Shown here: positions 1 to 9,662 of the stretch, piece by piece
Layout: each line of letters opens with the position of its first letter
Numbering within the stretch: position 1 is the first letter of the stretch
Source of the DNA: Chiloscyllium plagiosum
Taxonomy: Eukaryota
Direction: 5' to 3'
NCBI RefSeq assembly: GCF_004010195.1
Contig: NC_057753.1
Location: 10,416,445 to 10,437,506 of the forward strand
DNA: 21,062 nt
The notes under the pieces: generated by a model
Told to the model about the DNA's origin: nothing
Databases searched by the model: none
The model's input: the letters and a program-made list of their open reading frames with translations, nothing else
Made by a program: the position numbers and the translations under genes

Positions 1-150
1 ACAACACTCTCCTTTCTCACCCTCCCCTCCTTTTCCATTTCTTTTCTCATCCTGGGGTTCAATTGTTGATTTGTCGGAGCTGGAGGGAAAGCAAGTCAAT
101 CCAGGGAAAGGTACAGACTCTGGAAACGGTTGCTCTCGATCTGTGTTTAT
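1..150 (+). repeat. Paralogous copy of the 5' end of ZNF intron 1 (matches 12125-12262)
   Basis: 'ctggggttcaattgttga...aatccaggga...acagactctggaaa...tctgtgt' aligns colinearly with the sequence just after the GTGAGT donor at 12117. Confidence 0.8.
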
Positions 151-339
151 TAATGACATTGACAGGCTTTGTTTCCTCAGCTTGACACATTTATTTGTCT
201 GGCAAAAAGGATGACTTCTTGATCTGCCATCAGGACAGATGCGAGAATATTGAATCTGCATGAGAAACAGGGTGCTGGTCAGGGGTCAGATTCCCTCTAA
301 GAGCTCTTTGTAAGAGCTTGTTGATTTGATTTATTGCCA

Positions 340-1180
340 CATGTACCACATTCAGTTGGTGGAGTTGTGGATAGTATGGAGGGCTGTTGTAGTTTGCAAC
401 GAGACATTGACAAGATGCAGAACTGGGCTGATGGAGTTCAACGTGGAAAGGTATGAAGTCATCCACTTTGGAAGGTTGAATTTGAATCCAGAGGACGGGG
501 TTAAAGGCAGGATTCTTGGCAGTGTGGAGGAACAGAGGGATGTTGGGGTCCATGTCTGCAGATCCCACAAAGTTGTCATGCAAGTTGATAAGGTTGTTAA
601 GAAGGCGTAGGGTGTGTTTGCTTTCATTTGCAGGGGGACTCTGTTTAAGAGCCTATTCTGTAGCTCTATGTTAGACCACACTTGGAATATTCTGTTCAGT
701 TCTGGTTGCCTCATTGTAGGAAAGATGTGGAATCTTAGAGAGGGTGCAGAGGAGATTTACTAGGGCCCTGCCTGGGCTGGAGGGCATGTGTTATGAAGAA
801 AGGTTGAGGGAGTTAGGGCTTTTCTCATTGAAGCGAAGAAGGGTGAGAGTTGTCTTGATAGAGATATACAGATGTTGAGAAGCATAGATAGAATGGATAG
901 CCTTGCCAGAAATGCCTATTATGAGGGGGCATAGTTTTATGATATTTGGAGGAAGGTTTAGGGGAGATGTCAGGATAGGTTCTTTACTCAGTTAGTGGTG
1001 GGTGCATGGAATGCACTGTCAGCAGAGGTAGTGGAGTCACATACATTAGGGTCATTTTAAGCAACTCTTGGATAGGCACATGAAACCTGTCAATTAGTCT
1101 GATCTTAGAGTAGGATAAAAGGCCAGCACTACATCAAGTGCCAAAGAGCCTGTACTGAGCTGTACTGTTCTTTGTACCTA
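340..1180 (+). mobile_element. CR1-type LINE, degenerate ORF2 C-terminus plus 3' tail
   Basis: Translated pieces include MEFNVERYEVIHFGR and ILGSVEEQRDVGVHV...QVDKVVKKA, followed by RPHLEYSVQFW (674-706). The 3' end is 'gagcctgtactgagctgtactgttct'. Stops and frameshifts are present. Confidence 0.85.
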
Positions 1181-1219
1181 AGTACAGTCAAACATTTCGA
1201 TTTGTGAGCAGAACAGTCA

Positions 1220-1695
1220 GATCCTAGAAAACAAGGACATGCAGGTCATACTGTGCTTAGACAGAGCGAGGTACACAGGGTTACGACCGCACAGGAGATG
1301 CACAAAAGCAAGGTCAACATTAGATTTCAAATTTTAGAGCTCCATTCAGCAGTCTAATAATGGCAGGGAAGAAGCTACTCTTGAACCTGTTGGTGTTTGT
1401 GTTCAAGCTTCTGTATCTTCTTCCTGACAGAAGAGGGTATAGGAGATCATTACCGGGGTGGGAGGGGACTTTGATGATGTTGCCAGCTTTTCCATGACAA
1501 TGAGAAATGAAGGTGGATTCCATGGATGGGAGGTCGGCTTCCATGATGGACTGTGCTGCGCCAGTGATGCACCCAAATACAATGCTTTCTGTGGTGCATC
1601 TGTAAATGTTGGTGAGGGCCCTTATAGACATGCTGAATTTCTTAAGCCCCCTGAGGAAGAAAAGGTGTTGTTGTGCCTTCTTGACCATTGCATGG
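1220..1695 (-). mobile_element. Rex1/Babar-like non-LTR retrotransposon, C-terminal fragment
   Basis: ORF 1320-1688(-) reads KKAQQHLFFLRGLKKF...YRCTTESI...PSHPG...SGRRYRS...RFKSSFFPAIIRLLN, the characteristic post-RT tail of Rex1/Babar. Confidence 0.8.
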
Positions 1696-1889
1696 GTAGA
1701 TATTTCGCCACTCCTTTCTCATTCTTTCTAACGTCTTTATTTGATGCAGTCACACAGTCAGTTTCATACCTTGTGCTAATACTTTTGAAGGACTTCTTCA
1801 GAAGGATAAAATGTGTCGAGGGGCAAAGACAGTGTACGTATTAAATATTTAAACTTGATTATATTTTACTGAACAGAACAGCTTATAAA

Positions 1890-2515
1890 TGGTAAAATGG
1901 GTAAACTTAACAGGCATTATGAAGGGTGAGAGTGTGCAGTATTTCGAGGTGCATGGTAAAACAGGACTGAGTCTGCACGACTTTGACAAGAGGAGGTCAT
2001 GTCTGACAAATCTATTTGGATTCTTTGAGCAGGTAATGGGTACGTTAGGCAAAAGGAGAGCCAGTGGACATGAGCGGTTTAGATTTCCAGAAGGCCTTTG
2101 ACAAGGTGCTTTTCAGGAGGCTGCTAAATAAGAGTCCCTGGTGTTTGGGGTAAGGTACTGGCACGGACAGAGGATTGGCTGATTCTCAGGAGGCAGAGAT
2201 TTGGCACAAAGGGTCTTTTTCAGGATGGGGCAGGTGGAGTTCCGGAAGGGGTCCATGCTGGGAAGGCTTGGACAGGCCAGGAGAATGGCCAGAGAAGGGG
2301 CAGATGGAATTCAATGTGGTAGAGTCTGAGGTTATGCATTTTGTGGGAAGACCAGAAGCAGAGACTATTTTCAAAATGGGAAAGGCTTCGGAAATGTGAA
2401 ACACAGAAGGACTTGGGAGTCCCAGCTCAGGATTGACAGATGACACTAAGGTCGGTGGAGTTGTGGATAGTGACGAAGGATGTTGTAGGTTACAGAGAGA
2501 CATAGATAAGCTGCA
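1890..2515 (+). mobile_element. CR1-type LINE RT fragments with internal deletions
   Basis: RSCLTNLFGFFEQV, DFQKAFDKV (gatttccagaaggcctttgacaaggtg) and QMEFNVVESEVMHF. Confidence 0.8.
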
Positions 2516-2519
2516 TCAT

Positions 2520-2705
2520 CTCAGCTCTTCCTCCCTGCATTGTCCCAACCATGCAAAAATCCATCCAACTGTGTCTTGAATATACTTAATGAAGCTGCCT
2601 CTACAACTTCCTCAGGCAGAGAATTCAATAGATTCACTAGTTTCCAGGAAAATCAGTTCCTCCTCATCTCTGTCCTAAATCTACTCCCCCTAATCTTGAG
2701 GCCTA
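2520..2705 (-). mobile_element. CR1-type LINE 3' fragment
   Basis: The reverse complement resembles the CR1 ORF2 end (LKIRGSRFRTEMRRN...NLLNSLPEEVVEAASLSIFKTQLD). Confidence 0.7.
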
Positions 2706-2717
2706 GTCTAATCCACC

Positions 2718-2955
2718 AGAAATGACTGGATAGAGTAGTGCTTCATCCCCACAGTGCAATGAATTCCCACTTTCCACCAAAATCCTGGATGTACTCACTC
2801 AGTTGCTGTCTCACAAATTAAAGATTTCATTGCAACTTATTCTGATCCCAGTAGGGGCAAAACATCTTGGAAAGCTGCTCTCAAAGTCCGGTGTTCACAG
2901 CCACACTTCTGCTTTCACCGAAGACGATAGAGTCATCCAGCGTGGAAACAAACTG
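2718..2955. repeat. Local duplicated module, copy 1 (direct copy at 5023-5255, inverted partial copy at ~15543-15660)
   Basis: 'cagaaatgactggata...cacttctgctttcaccgaagacga' plus the adjoining CR1-tail junction is shared with copy 2. Its 3' half is shared with the inverted copy. Confidence 0.9.
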
Positions 2956-3260
2956 TTGCGTCCGACTCGTCGTGCTGACCAGATATCCCAAATTAATAGA
3001 GTTCCTTTTGCCAGCATTTAGCCCATATACCTCTCTTCATGTACCCATCCAGGTGCCTTTTAAATGTTGTCATTGTACCAGCCTCCGCCACTTCCTCTGG
3101 CAGCTCTTTCCAGACATGCATCACCCTCTGTATGAAAAGGTTGCCCCTCAGGTCCCTTTCCCTCCTTAAACCTGTGCCTCTCTCGTTCTGGACTCCCGTA
3201 CCCTGTGGAAAAGACCTTAGGTATTCAGCCTATCCATGCCCCTTATAAACTTCAATAAGG
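2928..3260 (-). mobile_element. CR1-type LINE 3' end
   Basis: Reverse-strand CR1 tail 'tagagtcatccagcgtggaaaca...gaccagatatccc' and ORF2 end 'cctccgccacttcctctggcagc'. Confidence 0.8.
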
Positions 3261-3795
3261 TTGTTAAAGTACAGATTTGAGACGGCCCTGGGAATCCCTT
3301 GTGAACTGAACCTGTAAGCCTCTCTTGGTTTGTCCCGGAGATCGTACTCTTTGGAAGTCTGAAATAAAAAAAACCTCTTACAGACAGTTTATTTTAATTT
3401 TAGTCACTTAAAGCATAACACTGTTACTGAGAAGCTAAACTAACTGGGTTCTAATAACCCAGGCGAGTAGGATATCAGCTGTTCAAGACCCCTGGCAGGC
3501 TACTCTGCTGTACTGTCTCAAACAGGCTTCATTTATACAAAAAGTTTACAAAAAGCACTGCATGTTCTTAATTAGACAGATAACAGTAAAAGACAATAAT
3601 TCATAAGGAAGAAAAGTGAATTGACAGATCTGTGCGCACTGTGATCACTCCTACAGACCTTGAGCTATCCGTCAGGTGGGAAAAACAAATCCAGCCGAGT
3701 TAGGTATCTGCTGGTGAGATAAATTCCTATAAAGTAGTACCAGTCTAAATTAAGTGGGAGATGTCATAAGGTAACCTTGCATAGCTCACATATCT

Positions 3796-3995
3796 AGGTA
3801 AAAACAATGACTGCAGATGCTGGAAACCAGATTCTGGATTAGTGGTGCTGGAAGAGCACAGCAGTTCAGGCAGCATCCAAGGAGCTTTGAAATCGACGTT
3901 TTGGGCAAAAGCCCTTCATCAGGAATAAAAGCAATTAAAAGCAATTTATTCCTGATGAAGGGCGTTTGCCCGAAACGTCGATTTTACTGCTCCTC
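3796..3995. mobile_element. Small non-autonomous Penelope-like insertion: terminal repeat plus a partial inverted copy, with a 12-bp TSD
   Basis: GCTCACATATCT at 3784-3795 and 3996-4007. Inverted arms at ~3890-3929 and 3945-3984 each carry a hammerhead motif. Confidence 0.85.
3952..3979 (+). ncRNA. Minimal (PLE-type) hammerhead ribozyme motif, intact core
   Basis: CTGATGA A GGGC-GTTT-GCCC GAAAC GTC, with an ACGT palindrome in place of helix III. The minus-strand partner at 3895-3922 has GAAA changed to AAAA. Confidence 0.75.
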
Positions 3996-5022
3996 GCTCA
4001 CATATCTGATACACTGGTTTTACAAAATGGCTTCTTAGCAAGGAGGGCAAACATTTGACCATAAAATGACTTGCTGACAGATTGTGTCAGAATCTCTTCA
4101 ATGTTAGGTTTAGAACAATTTTAAGTTGGGAGCAGACTCTTGCTTTTTATCTTAAGCCCTGAATCATTTTGTACCTGAGGCTGAAATGTTCCCGTAAAGT
4201 TGCATTTAAACTGATTCATTAGTCTCAAATTAAACATGCTTTCTTTTCAGGGTTGTGATTCAAATTCAAATAAGACATAAGATCTGATTAGTTAGAATTG
4301 ACAGTGGGGCAGTCTGTGAAGTTTTAGAGTGGTGTGCAAGAACAGCAAGTAAGTTAAAGCTTCATCAATATTACCTTTTACAGAGTTTGCATTTCATAAC
4401 CAGTAATGGCTACTCAAAATTATCAAAGTCTCAAACATACAATTAAATTCAATCCATAGCAAGTAAGCACAAAGAGTTAATTTTCTACTGGCTTCAGCAG
4501 TCCCAGCGCTAAAATGGTCTCTCTGTCTCTCTCTCTTTCTCTCTGTGTCCTTTTGAACTCTCAAGTCAGGGACTTGTAACAGAAAAGATGTTTTTCCCTC
4601 TGTGTCTGCCTAGCTTGAAAGGGGTAATAAGAATCTGTTATAATTGATAGGATCTGACCGTCAATTACAAGGCTTTCGATAGTACCGAGTTTCATTTCAG
4701 GGTCAGAATCAAACACTGTCGTGAATTTCACAAGGGAACAGCCGTGAATGTTATCACTCGGTGTCCTGTTTACACAGATTCACTGATGTTAAGGCAAGTG
4801 TTCTTAATTGCCTTCGAGCATCCTGTTATCACTTGGTGAGAACAGATGTTTTAATCTTCTGCATAACATGGGTACCCCCTTTTTTTTCCCGGAGCCTCCT
4901 TGCCTGTCTATTTTTTAGTGTGCAGCAAATGTGTCCTATAATTCAACATTACATTTTAGTCTAAACGTTTAAAGGACAAGTTTTAAGGCTACAGACTTGC
5001 TCAGCCTCGTCTCAACCACCAA

Positions 5023-5255
5023 CAGAAATGACTGGATAAGGTAGGGCTTCATCTCCACAGTGCAATGAATTCCCACTTTCCACCAAAATCCCAGATGTAC
5101 TCACTCACTCAGTTGCTGTCTCACGAAGGAAACGTTTCATTGTAATTTCTGCTTGCAGGAAGGGCAAAACAGGAAGCTGCTCTGAAAGTCCAGTCTTCAC
5201 AACCACACTTCTGCTTTCACCGAAGACGATTAGAGTCATGCAGCACGGAAACAAA
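5023..5255. repeat. Local duplicated module, copy 2
   Basis: Colinear with 2718-2955, with one extra ACTC unit at ~5105. Confidence 0.9.
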
Positions 5256-5339
5256 ATTCACATAATTTTGTAAAAATCTAACTACTATGTACTAACTAAA
5301 AAAAAAGAAAAAATGTTAATTCTAAAGTTAACTAACCTT

Positions 5340-5856
5340 TTAATGACTTTGTTGGTGACTGCTTTTTGTAGGAAAGCATTTGAATATTTGGTTGCAGCAT
5401 GGAGGTCTACAGTTTTAGCTGATCCTCTAGATTGGTATCCGTCATTTGTGACACTAAGGGCGTCTTGATTTTGATTAAATAGGAGAATGTAGATTCACTG
5501 CAATAAGTGGTTGAAAAGCAAGAAAGCATTTTTCGTGCATGTTACCGAAGGCATGGGTATTCTATTGCATTTTTCCATATTTCAATCGGATCTTTCTTAG
5601 CATCAAATAAGTACTTTAGAATGTCATTTTCTGAAAGATCAATCTGTAGTTCTTTAGGAGCCTTGGAGACATCAACTAGGTGAGATTGAAATGCTAATTT
5701 GAGTGTGATGTCATGATTCTCAAAGTCAGAGAACCTTTCATTGCATTCTCCAATTAATAAGTCTATAACAGCTGCGTATTCTTCAAATGATTTGCAAGAA
5801 TCCTCCTGTTCATCAATGACCTTTGCTAACTGGGAAAAATGTTCATCCGAAAATAA
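5340..5856 (-). pseudogene. hAT transposase C-terminal (dimerisation-domain) pseudogene, GTF2IRD2/SPIN/EPM2AIP1-like
   Basis: Manual translation: LFSDEHFSQLAKVIDEQEDSCKSFEEYAAVIDLLIGECNERFSDFENHDITLKLAFQSHLVDVSKAPKELQIDLSENDILKYLFDAKKDPIEIWKNAIEYPCLR*HARKMLSCFSTTYCSESTFSYLIKIKTPLVSQMTDTNLEDQLKL*TSMLQPNIQMLSYKKQ, then a frameshift to QQSH*. Stops at 5542-5544 and 5407-5409. Confidence 0.9.
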
Positions 5857-6086
5857 AATAAATGTTGATACGGTTAGACTGTGTAACTATTCTCAAATTT
5901 CACTTCAAATGGAAAGCCACGTGCACTGTTGTCATAAGTTGATAAACACTGGTGTACTGGATACCCACAGGCTCTCGCCAACCAGCCTTGGGCAGTAATG
6001 GCACCAGTCAGGCGGGGAAGATAACGTACATTCTACCCCAGACAGACACACACACACAGACAGACAAAGACCCACATGCACACATA

Positions 6087-6311
6087 TTAGATTACATTAG
6101 ATTAGATTACTTTACAGTGTGGAAACAGGCCCTTCGGCCCAACAAGTCCACACCGACCCGCCGAAGCGTAAACCACCCATACCCCTACATTTACCCCTTA
6201 CCTAACACTACGGACAATTTAACATGGCCAATTCACCTGACCTGCACATCTTTGGACTGTGGGAGGAAACCGGAGCACCCGGAGGAAACCCACGCAGACA
6301 CGGGGAGAATG
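6087..6311 (-). mobile_element. HE1-type SINE, 3' part, cut by the assembly gap
   Basis: Near-identical to the reverse complement of 13358-13577, with an (ATTAG)n tail. Confidence 0.9.
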
Positions 6312-6952
6312 NNNNNNNNNNNNNNNNNNNNNNNNNNNNNNNNNNNNNNNNNNNNNNNNNNNNNNNNNNNNNNNNNNNNNNNNNNNNNNNNNNNNNNNNN
6401 NNNNNNNNNNNNNNNNNNNNNNNNNNNNNNNNNNNNNNNNNNNNNNNNNNNNNNNNNNNNNNNNNNNNNNNNNNNNNNNNNNNNNNNNNNNNNNNNNNNN
6501 NNNNNNNNNNNNNNNNNNNNNNNNNNNNNNNNNNNNNNNNNNNNNNNNNNNNNNNNNNNNNNNNNNNNNNNNNNNNNNNNNNNNNNNNNNNNNNNNNNNN
6601 NNNNNNNNNNNNNNNNNNNNNNNNNNNNNNNNNNNNNNNNNNNNNNNNNNNNNNNNNNNNNNNNNNNNNNNNNNNNNNNNNNNNNNNNNNNNNNNNNNNN
6701 NNNNNNNNNNNNNNNNNNNNNNNNNNNNNNNNNNNNNNNNNNNNNNNNNNNNNNNNNNNNNNNNNNNNNNNNNNNNNNNNNNNNNNNNNNNNNNNNNNNN
6801 NNNNNNNNNNNNNNNNNNNNNNNNNNNNNNNNNNNNNNNNNNNNNNNNNNNNNNNNNNNNNNNNNNNNNNNNNNNNNNNNNNNNNNNNNNNNNNNNNNNN
6901 NNNNNNNNNNNNNNNNNNNNNNNNNNNNNNNNNNNNNNNNNNNNNNNNNNNN
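6312..6952. other. Assembly gap (641 N)
   Basis: Run of N. Confidence 1.
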
Positions 6953-7022
6953 AATTTCAGTTACATCACACTGCAAATTTTTGCTATAAATTCTGTGTTA
7001 GGATCGAGCCCCCCGCTATCAC

Positions 7023-7051
7023 CTGATAAAGGAGCGTCGCTCCGAAAGCTA
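7023..7051 (+). ncRNA. Minimal hammerhead motif of a second PLE family, core mutated and probably inactive
   Basis: CAC CTGATAA A GGAGC-GTC-GCTCC GAAA GCTA GTG. It has an AGCT palindrome and a CAC/GTG helix I, but the G8-equivalent position is A. Confidence 0.6.
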
Positions 7052-7384
7052 GTGTGCTTCCAATTAAACCTGTTGGACAATAACCTGGTGTTATGTGATT
7101 TTTAACTTTGTACATTCTACAGTTGCATTATAACTAAATCATGAGCATAGCAGGTGTCGAAATAGCCCTTGTGACTTACCAAATTTTTAATTGCCCCGGT
7201 CAGTCTGTGAGGGTTATTTCGTTGAATTTTCTTTTACTCTCTAGTATTTTAAATACATTCATTTTAAGATTAAAATAAAAATAATAAAGGACGAAAAAAA
7301 CATAAAAGATTTGTTCTGCAAAATTTGGATTCATTCAAAAGGCCACACACAATGGCTTAGAAGGCCGCAGGTTCCCCACCCTTG

Positions 7385-8085
7385 TTCTAAACCCTTCCTA
7401 TTCATGGACCCATCCAGATGCTATTTAAATGTGATCATTGTGCTAGTCTCCACCACTTCCTTTGGCAGCTCGTTCCATCACAAACCACTGTCTGTGTGAA
7501 AACGTTGCCCCTCAGGTCCCTTTCCCCTTAAACCTCTGCCCCTCTAGTTCGGACTCCCCTACCCTGGGAAAAAGACTTTGGGTATTCACCCGATTCATGC
7601 CCCTTTACACTTCAATAAAGTCACCTCTCAGCCTCCCGATGCTCCAGGGTAAATTATCCCTGGCCTATATGCCTTTCCTTGTAGCTCAAACCCTCCAAAT
7701 CTGGTAACCGCCTTGTAAATCTTTTCTGAGCACTTTCAAGATTTCACAACATTCTTCTATAGGACAGAGACCAGAATTACATGCAACTTTCCAAAAATGG
7801 GCTAACCAATGTATTGTACAGCCACAACATGATATCCCAACTCCTTTACTCAATGCTCTGATCAATGAAGGAAAGCATAGGAAATGCCTTCTTCACTGGC
7901 CTATCTACCTGCGACTCCACTTTCAAGGAACTATGAACCTGCACTCCAATGTCTCTTTGTTCTGCAACACACCCCTGAAGTGTGTTGGTCATGCCTGGAT
8001 TGCTGGATCAAAATACAAGCCTCACATATCTCTAAATTATACTCCATCTGCCAGTCCTCGGCCCATTGGTCCATCCAATCAATTC
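7385..8085 (-). mobile_element. CR1-type LINE 3' region
   Basis: Reverse-strand ORF2 end, paralogous to 3030-3260. It continues the tail interrupted at 5255. Confidence 0.8.
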
Positions 8086-8264
8086 TAATTGATAGTGAAC
8101 TCTTTTTCCTCTCTTATTCCCTGGAAGCTGAAAATCTCCATCTGACACACTCCCCCTCCATTCTCACTTTGTTGAACATAATCCCTGTTGTACCTCATCC
8201 TGAAGGGTCTGGTTCATGCTAATTAACAGGCCACACTCAGAGAGGATCTAACTAAAACATACAG
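7914..8264. repeat. Local duplication, copy 1: CR1 piece, inverted ZNF intron 3'-end relic, CR1 junction
   Basis: Colinear with 9151-9466. The reverse complement of 8082-8220 resembles 15927-16049. Confidence 0.85.
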
Positions 8265-8560
8265 AATCCTGAACGGCCTGGACTGAGTGGACATTGGGAA
8301 GATGTTTCCATTGGTTGGAGAGACTAGGACCCAAGGGCACAGCCTTAGAATAAAGGGAAGACCTTTCAGAACGGAGATAAGGAGGAATTTCAGCCAGAGA
8401 GTGGTGAATCCATGGAATCCATTGCCAACAAATGCTGTGCAAGCCAGATCACTGAGGATATTAAAGACTGAGCTGGATAGGTTCTTGAGTATCAAGGAGA
8501 TTGAGGGTTACAGGGACCTGTTGGGCTGAAGGGTCTAATTTCTGCTCCTATGTCTTATGG
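8240..8560 (+). mobile_element. CR1-type LINE 3' end
   Basis: ORF 8287-8529: KMFPLVGETRTQGHSLRIKGRPFRTEIRRNFSQRVVNPWNPLP. Confidence 0.85.
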
Positions 8561-8674
8561 TCTCTTGCTGTCCTGGACACAGTGGGAGAATTGGGAGCAG
8601 GAGTAGGTCATTTGGTCTTTCAAGCCTGCACCAGCATTGAACAGATCATAAATGGATATGAATATACTTACATC

Positions 8675-9105
8675 CAGGTGGATGGCTGAGACTTTTTCAC
8701 TGGAGCACAGGAGGTTGAGAGGTGACCTGAAACAAGTTTAAAAAACCATGAGGAGTATAAATGAGGTGAATGGCAGGTGCTGTTTCCTTAGGGTGGGGGT
8801 TTAAAGATTAGGGAGCAAATTCTTAAGATGAGAGGAGAAAGATTTTTAAAAGATTTCAAATGTATTTAAAAAAAAAGACATGAGGAGCATTTTGTTTTTG
8901 AGAGTGGTTTGTGTGTGGAATGAACATCCAGAGGAAATGGTGGATGCAGGTATGGTTACAACGACATTTGGAGAATTACATGTATATGAAAGATTTAGAA
9001 GGACATGGGCCAAAAACTGGCAGGTGGGACAAGTTTAGTTTGAGAACATAGTCAGCATGGACGAGTTGGACTGAAGGGTGTGTTTCTGTGCTGTCTGACT
9101 CCAGC
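8675..9105 (+). mobile_element. CR1-type LINE 3' end
   Basis: 'ttttcactggagcacaggaggttgagaggtgacct' (FSLEHRRLRGDL) through the tail 'gaagggtgtgtttctgtgctgtctgactc'. Confidence 0.8.
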
Positions 9106-9150
9106 TGTTCTAAATTGGTCTTAAAACTATTTTCTTGCTTTCACTCATAA

Positions 9151-9466
9151 ACTCCACTTTCAAGGAACTATAAACCTGTACTCCAAGGTCTCTTTCTTCT
9201 GCAACATTCCCCTCAACTGTGTCAGTCCTGCCTGGATTGCTTGACCAAAATGCAACACCTCACATTTCTCTAAATTAAACTCCATCTAGCACACTTTAGC
9301 CTATCACCACATCTGATCAATTCTAATTTAAAGTGAATCTCCATCCCACACTCTCCCTCCATTCTTACTTTGCTGAACCTAATCCCTGCTGTACCTCATC
9401 CTGAAGGGTCTGGTTCATGCTGATTAACAGGGTCACACTCAGGAGGGATCTAATTGAAACACACAG
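9151..9466. repeat. Local duplication, copy 2
   Basis: Shares both junctions with 7914-8264 and has an internal deletion of about 30 bp. Confidence 0.85.
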
Positions 9467-9601
9467 TCCAAATTGAAACACACAGTTTCCTCCCACAGTC
9501 CAAAGATGTGCGGGTCAGGTGAATTGGCCATACTAAATTGCTGGAAATGTGTTGCTGGAAAAGCGCAGCAGGTCAGGCAGCATCCAGGGAACAGGAGAAT
9601 C

Positions 9602-9629
9602 GACGTTTCGGGCATAAGCCCTTCTTCAG
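9602..9629 (-). ncRNA. Minimal hammerhead ribozyme motif, intact core
   Basis: Minus strand reads CTGAAGA A GGGC-TTAT-GCCC GAAAC GTC. Confidence 0.75.
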
Positions 9630-9634
9630 GAACC

Positions 9635-9662
9635 CTGAAGAAGGGTTTATGCCCGAAACGTC
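9635..9662 (+). ncRNA. Minimal hammerhead ribozyme motif, intact core
   Basis: CTGAAGA A GGGT-TTAT-GCCC GAAAC GTC, with a U-G wobble closing stem II. Confidence 0.75.

Larger units (their letters stand above)
3262..5024. mobile_element. Unclassified ~1.76-kb non-coding insertion, possibly LTR-derived
   Basis: Begins TGTT and ends AACA, with a subterminal inverted match TTGAGACG (3277-3284) / CGTCTCAA (5008-5015). No convincing ORF and no TSD found. Confidence 0.3.
6037..7109 (+). mobile_element. 5'-truncated Penelope-like element (CA-rich 3' region plus terminal repeat) with an 11-bp TSD, spanning the gap
   Basis: GTACATTCTAC at 6026-6036 and 7110-7120. 6037-6087 matches the reverse complement of ~20229-20277, and 7045-7113 matches the reverse complement of ~20036-20104. 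Confidence 0.85.
5256..7384 (-). mobile_element. hAT DNA transposon remnant (Buster/Charlie/SPIN-like), one terminus retained
   Basis: The terminus reads CAAGGGTGGGGAACCTGCGGCC on the minus strand (7363-7384). It abuts TTCTAAAC, which fits the nnnTAnnn Buster-type target. Transposase C-terminus at 5340-5856. The element interrupts a CR1 tail. Confidence 0.7.

Noticed and set aside
5952..7105. Long ORFs of 247-345 aa
   Set aside because: They are artefacts of translating through the 641-N gap, and the flanks are SINE and PLE sequence.
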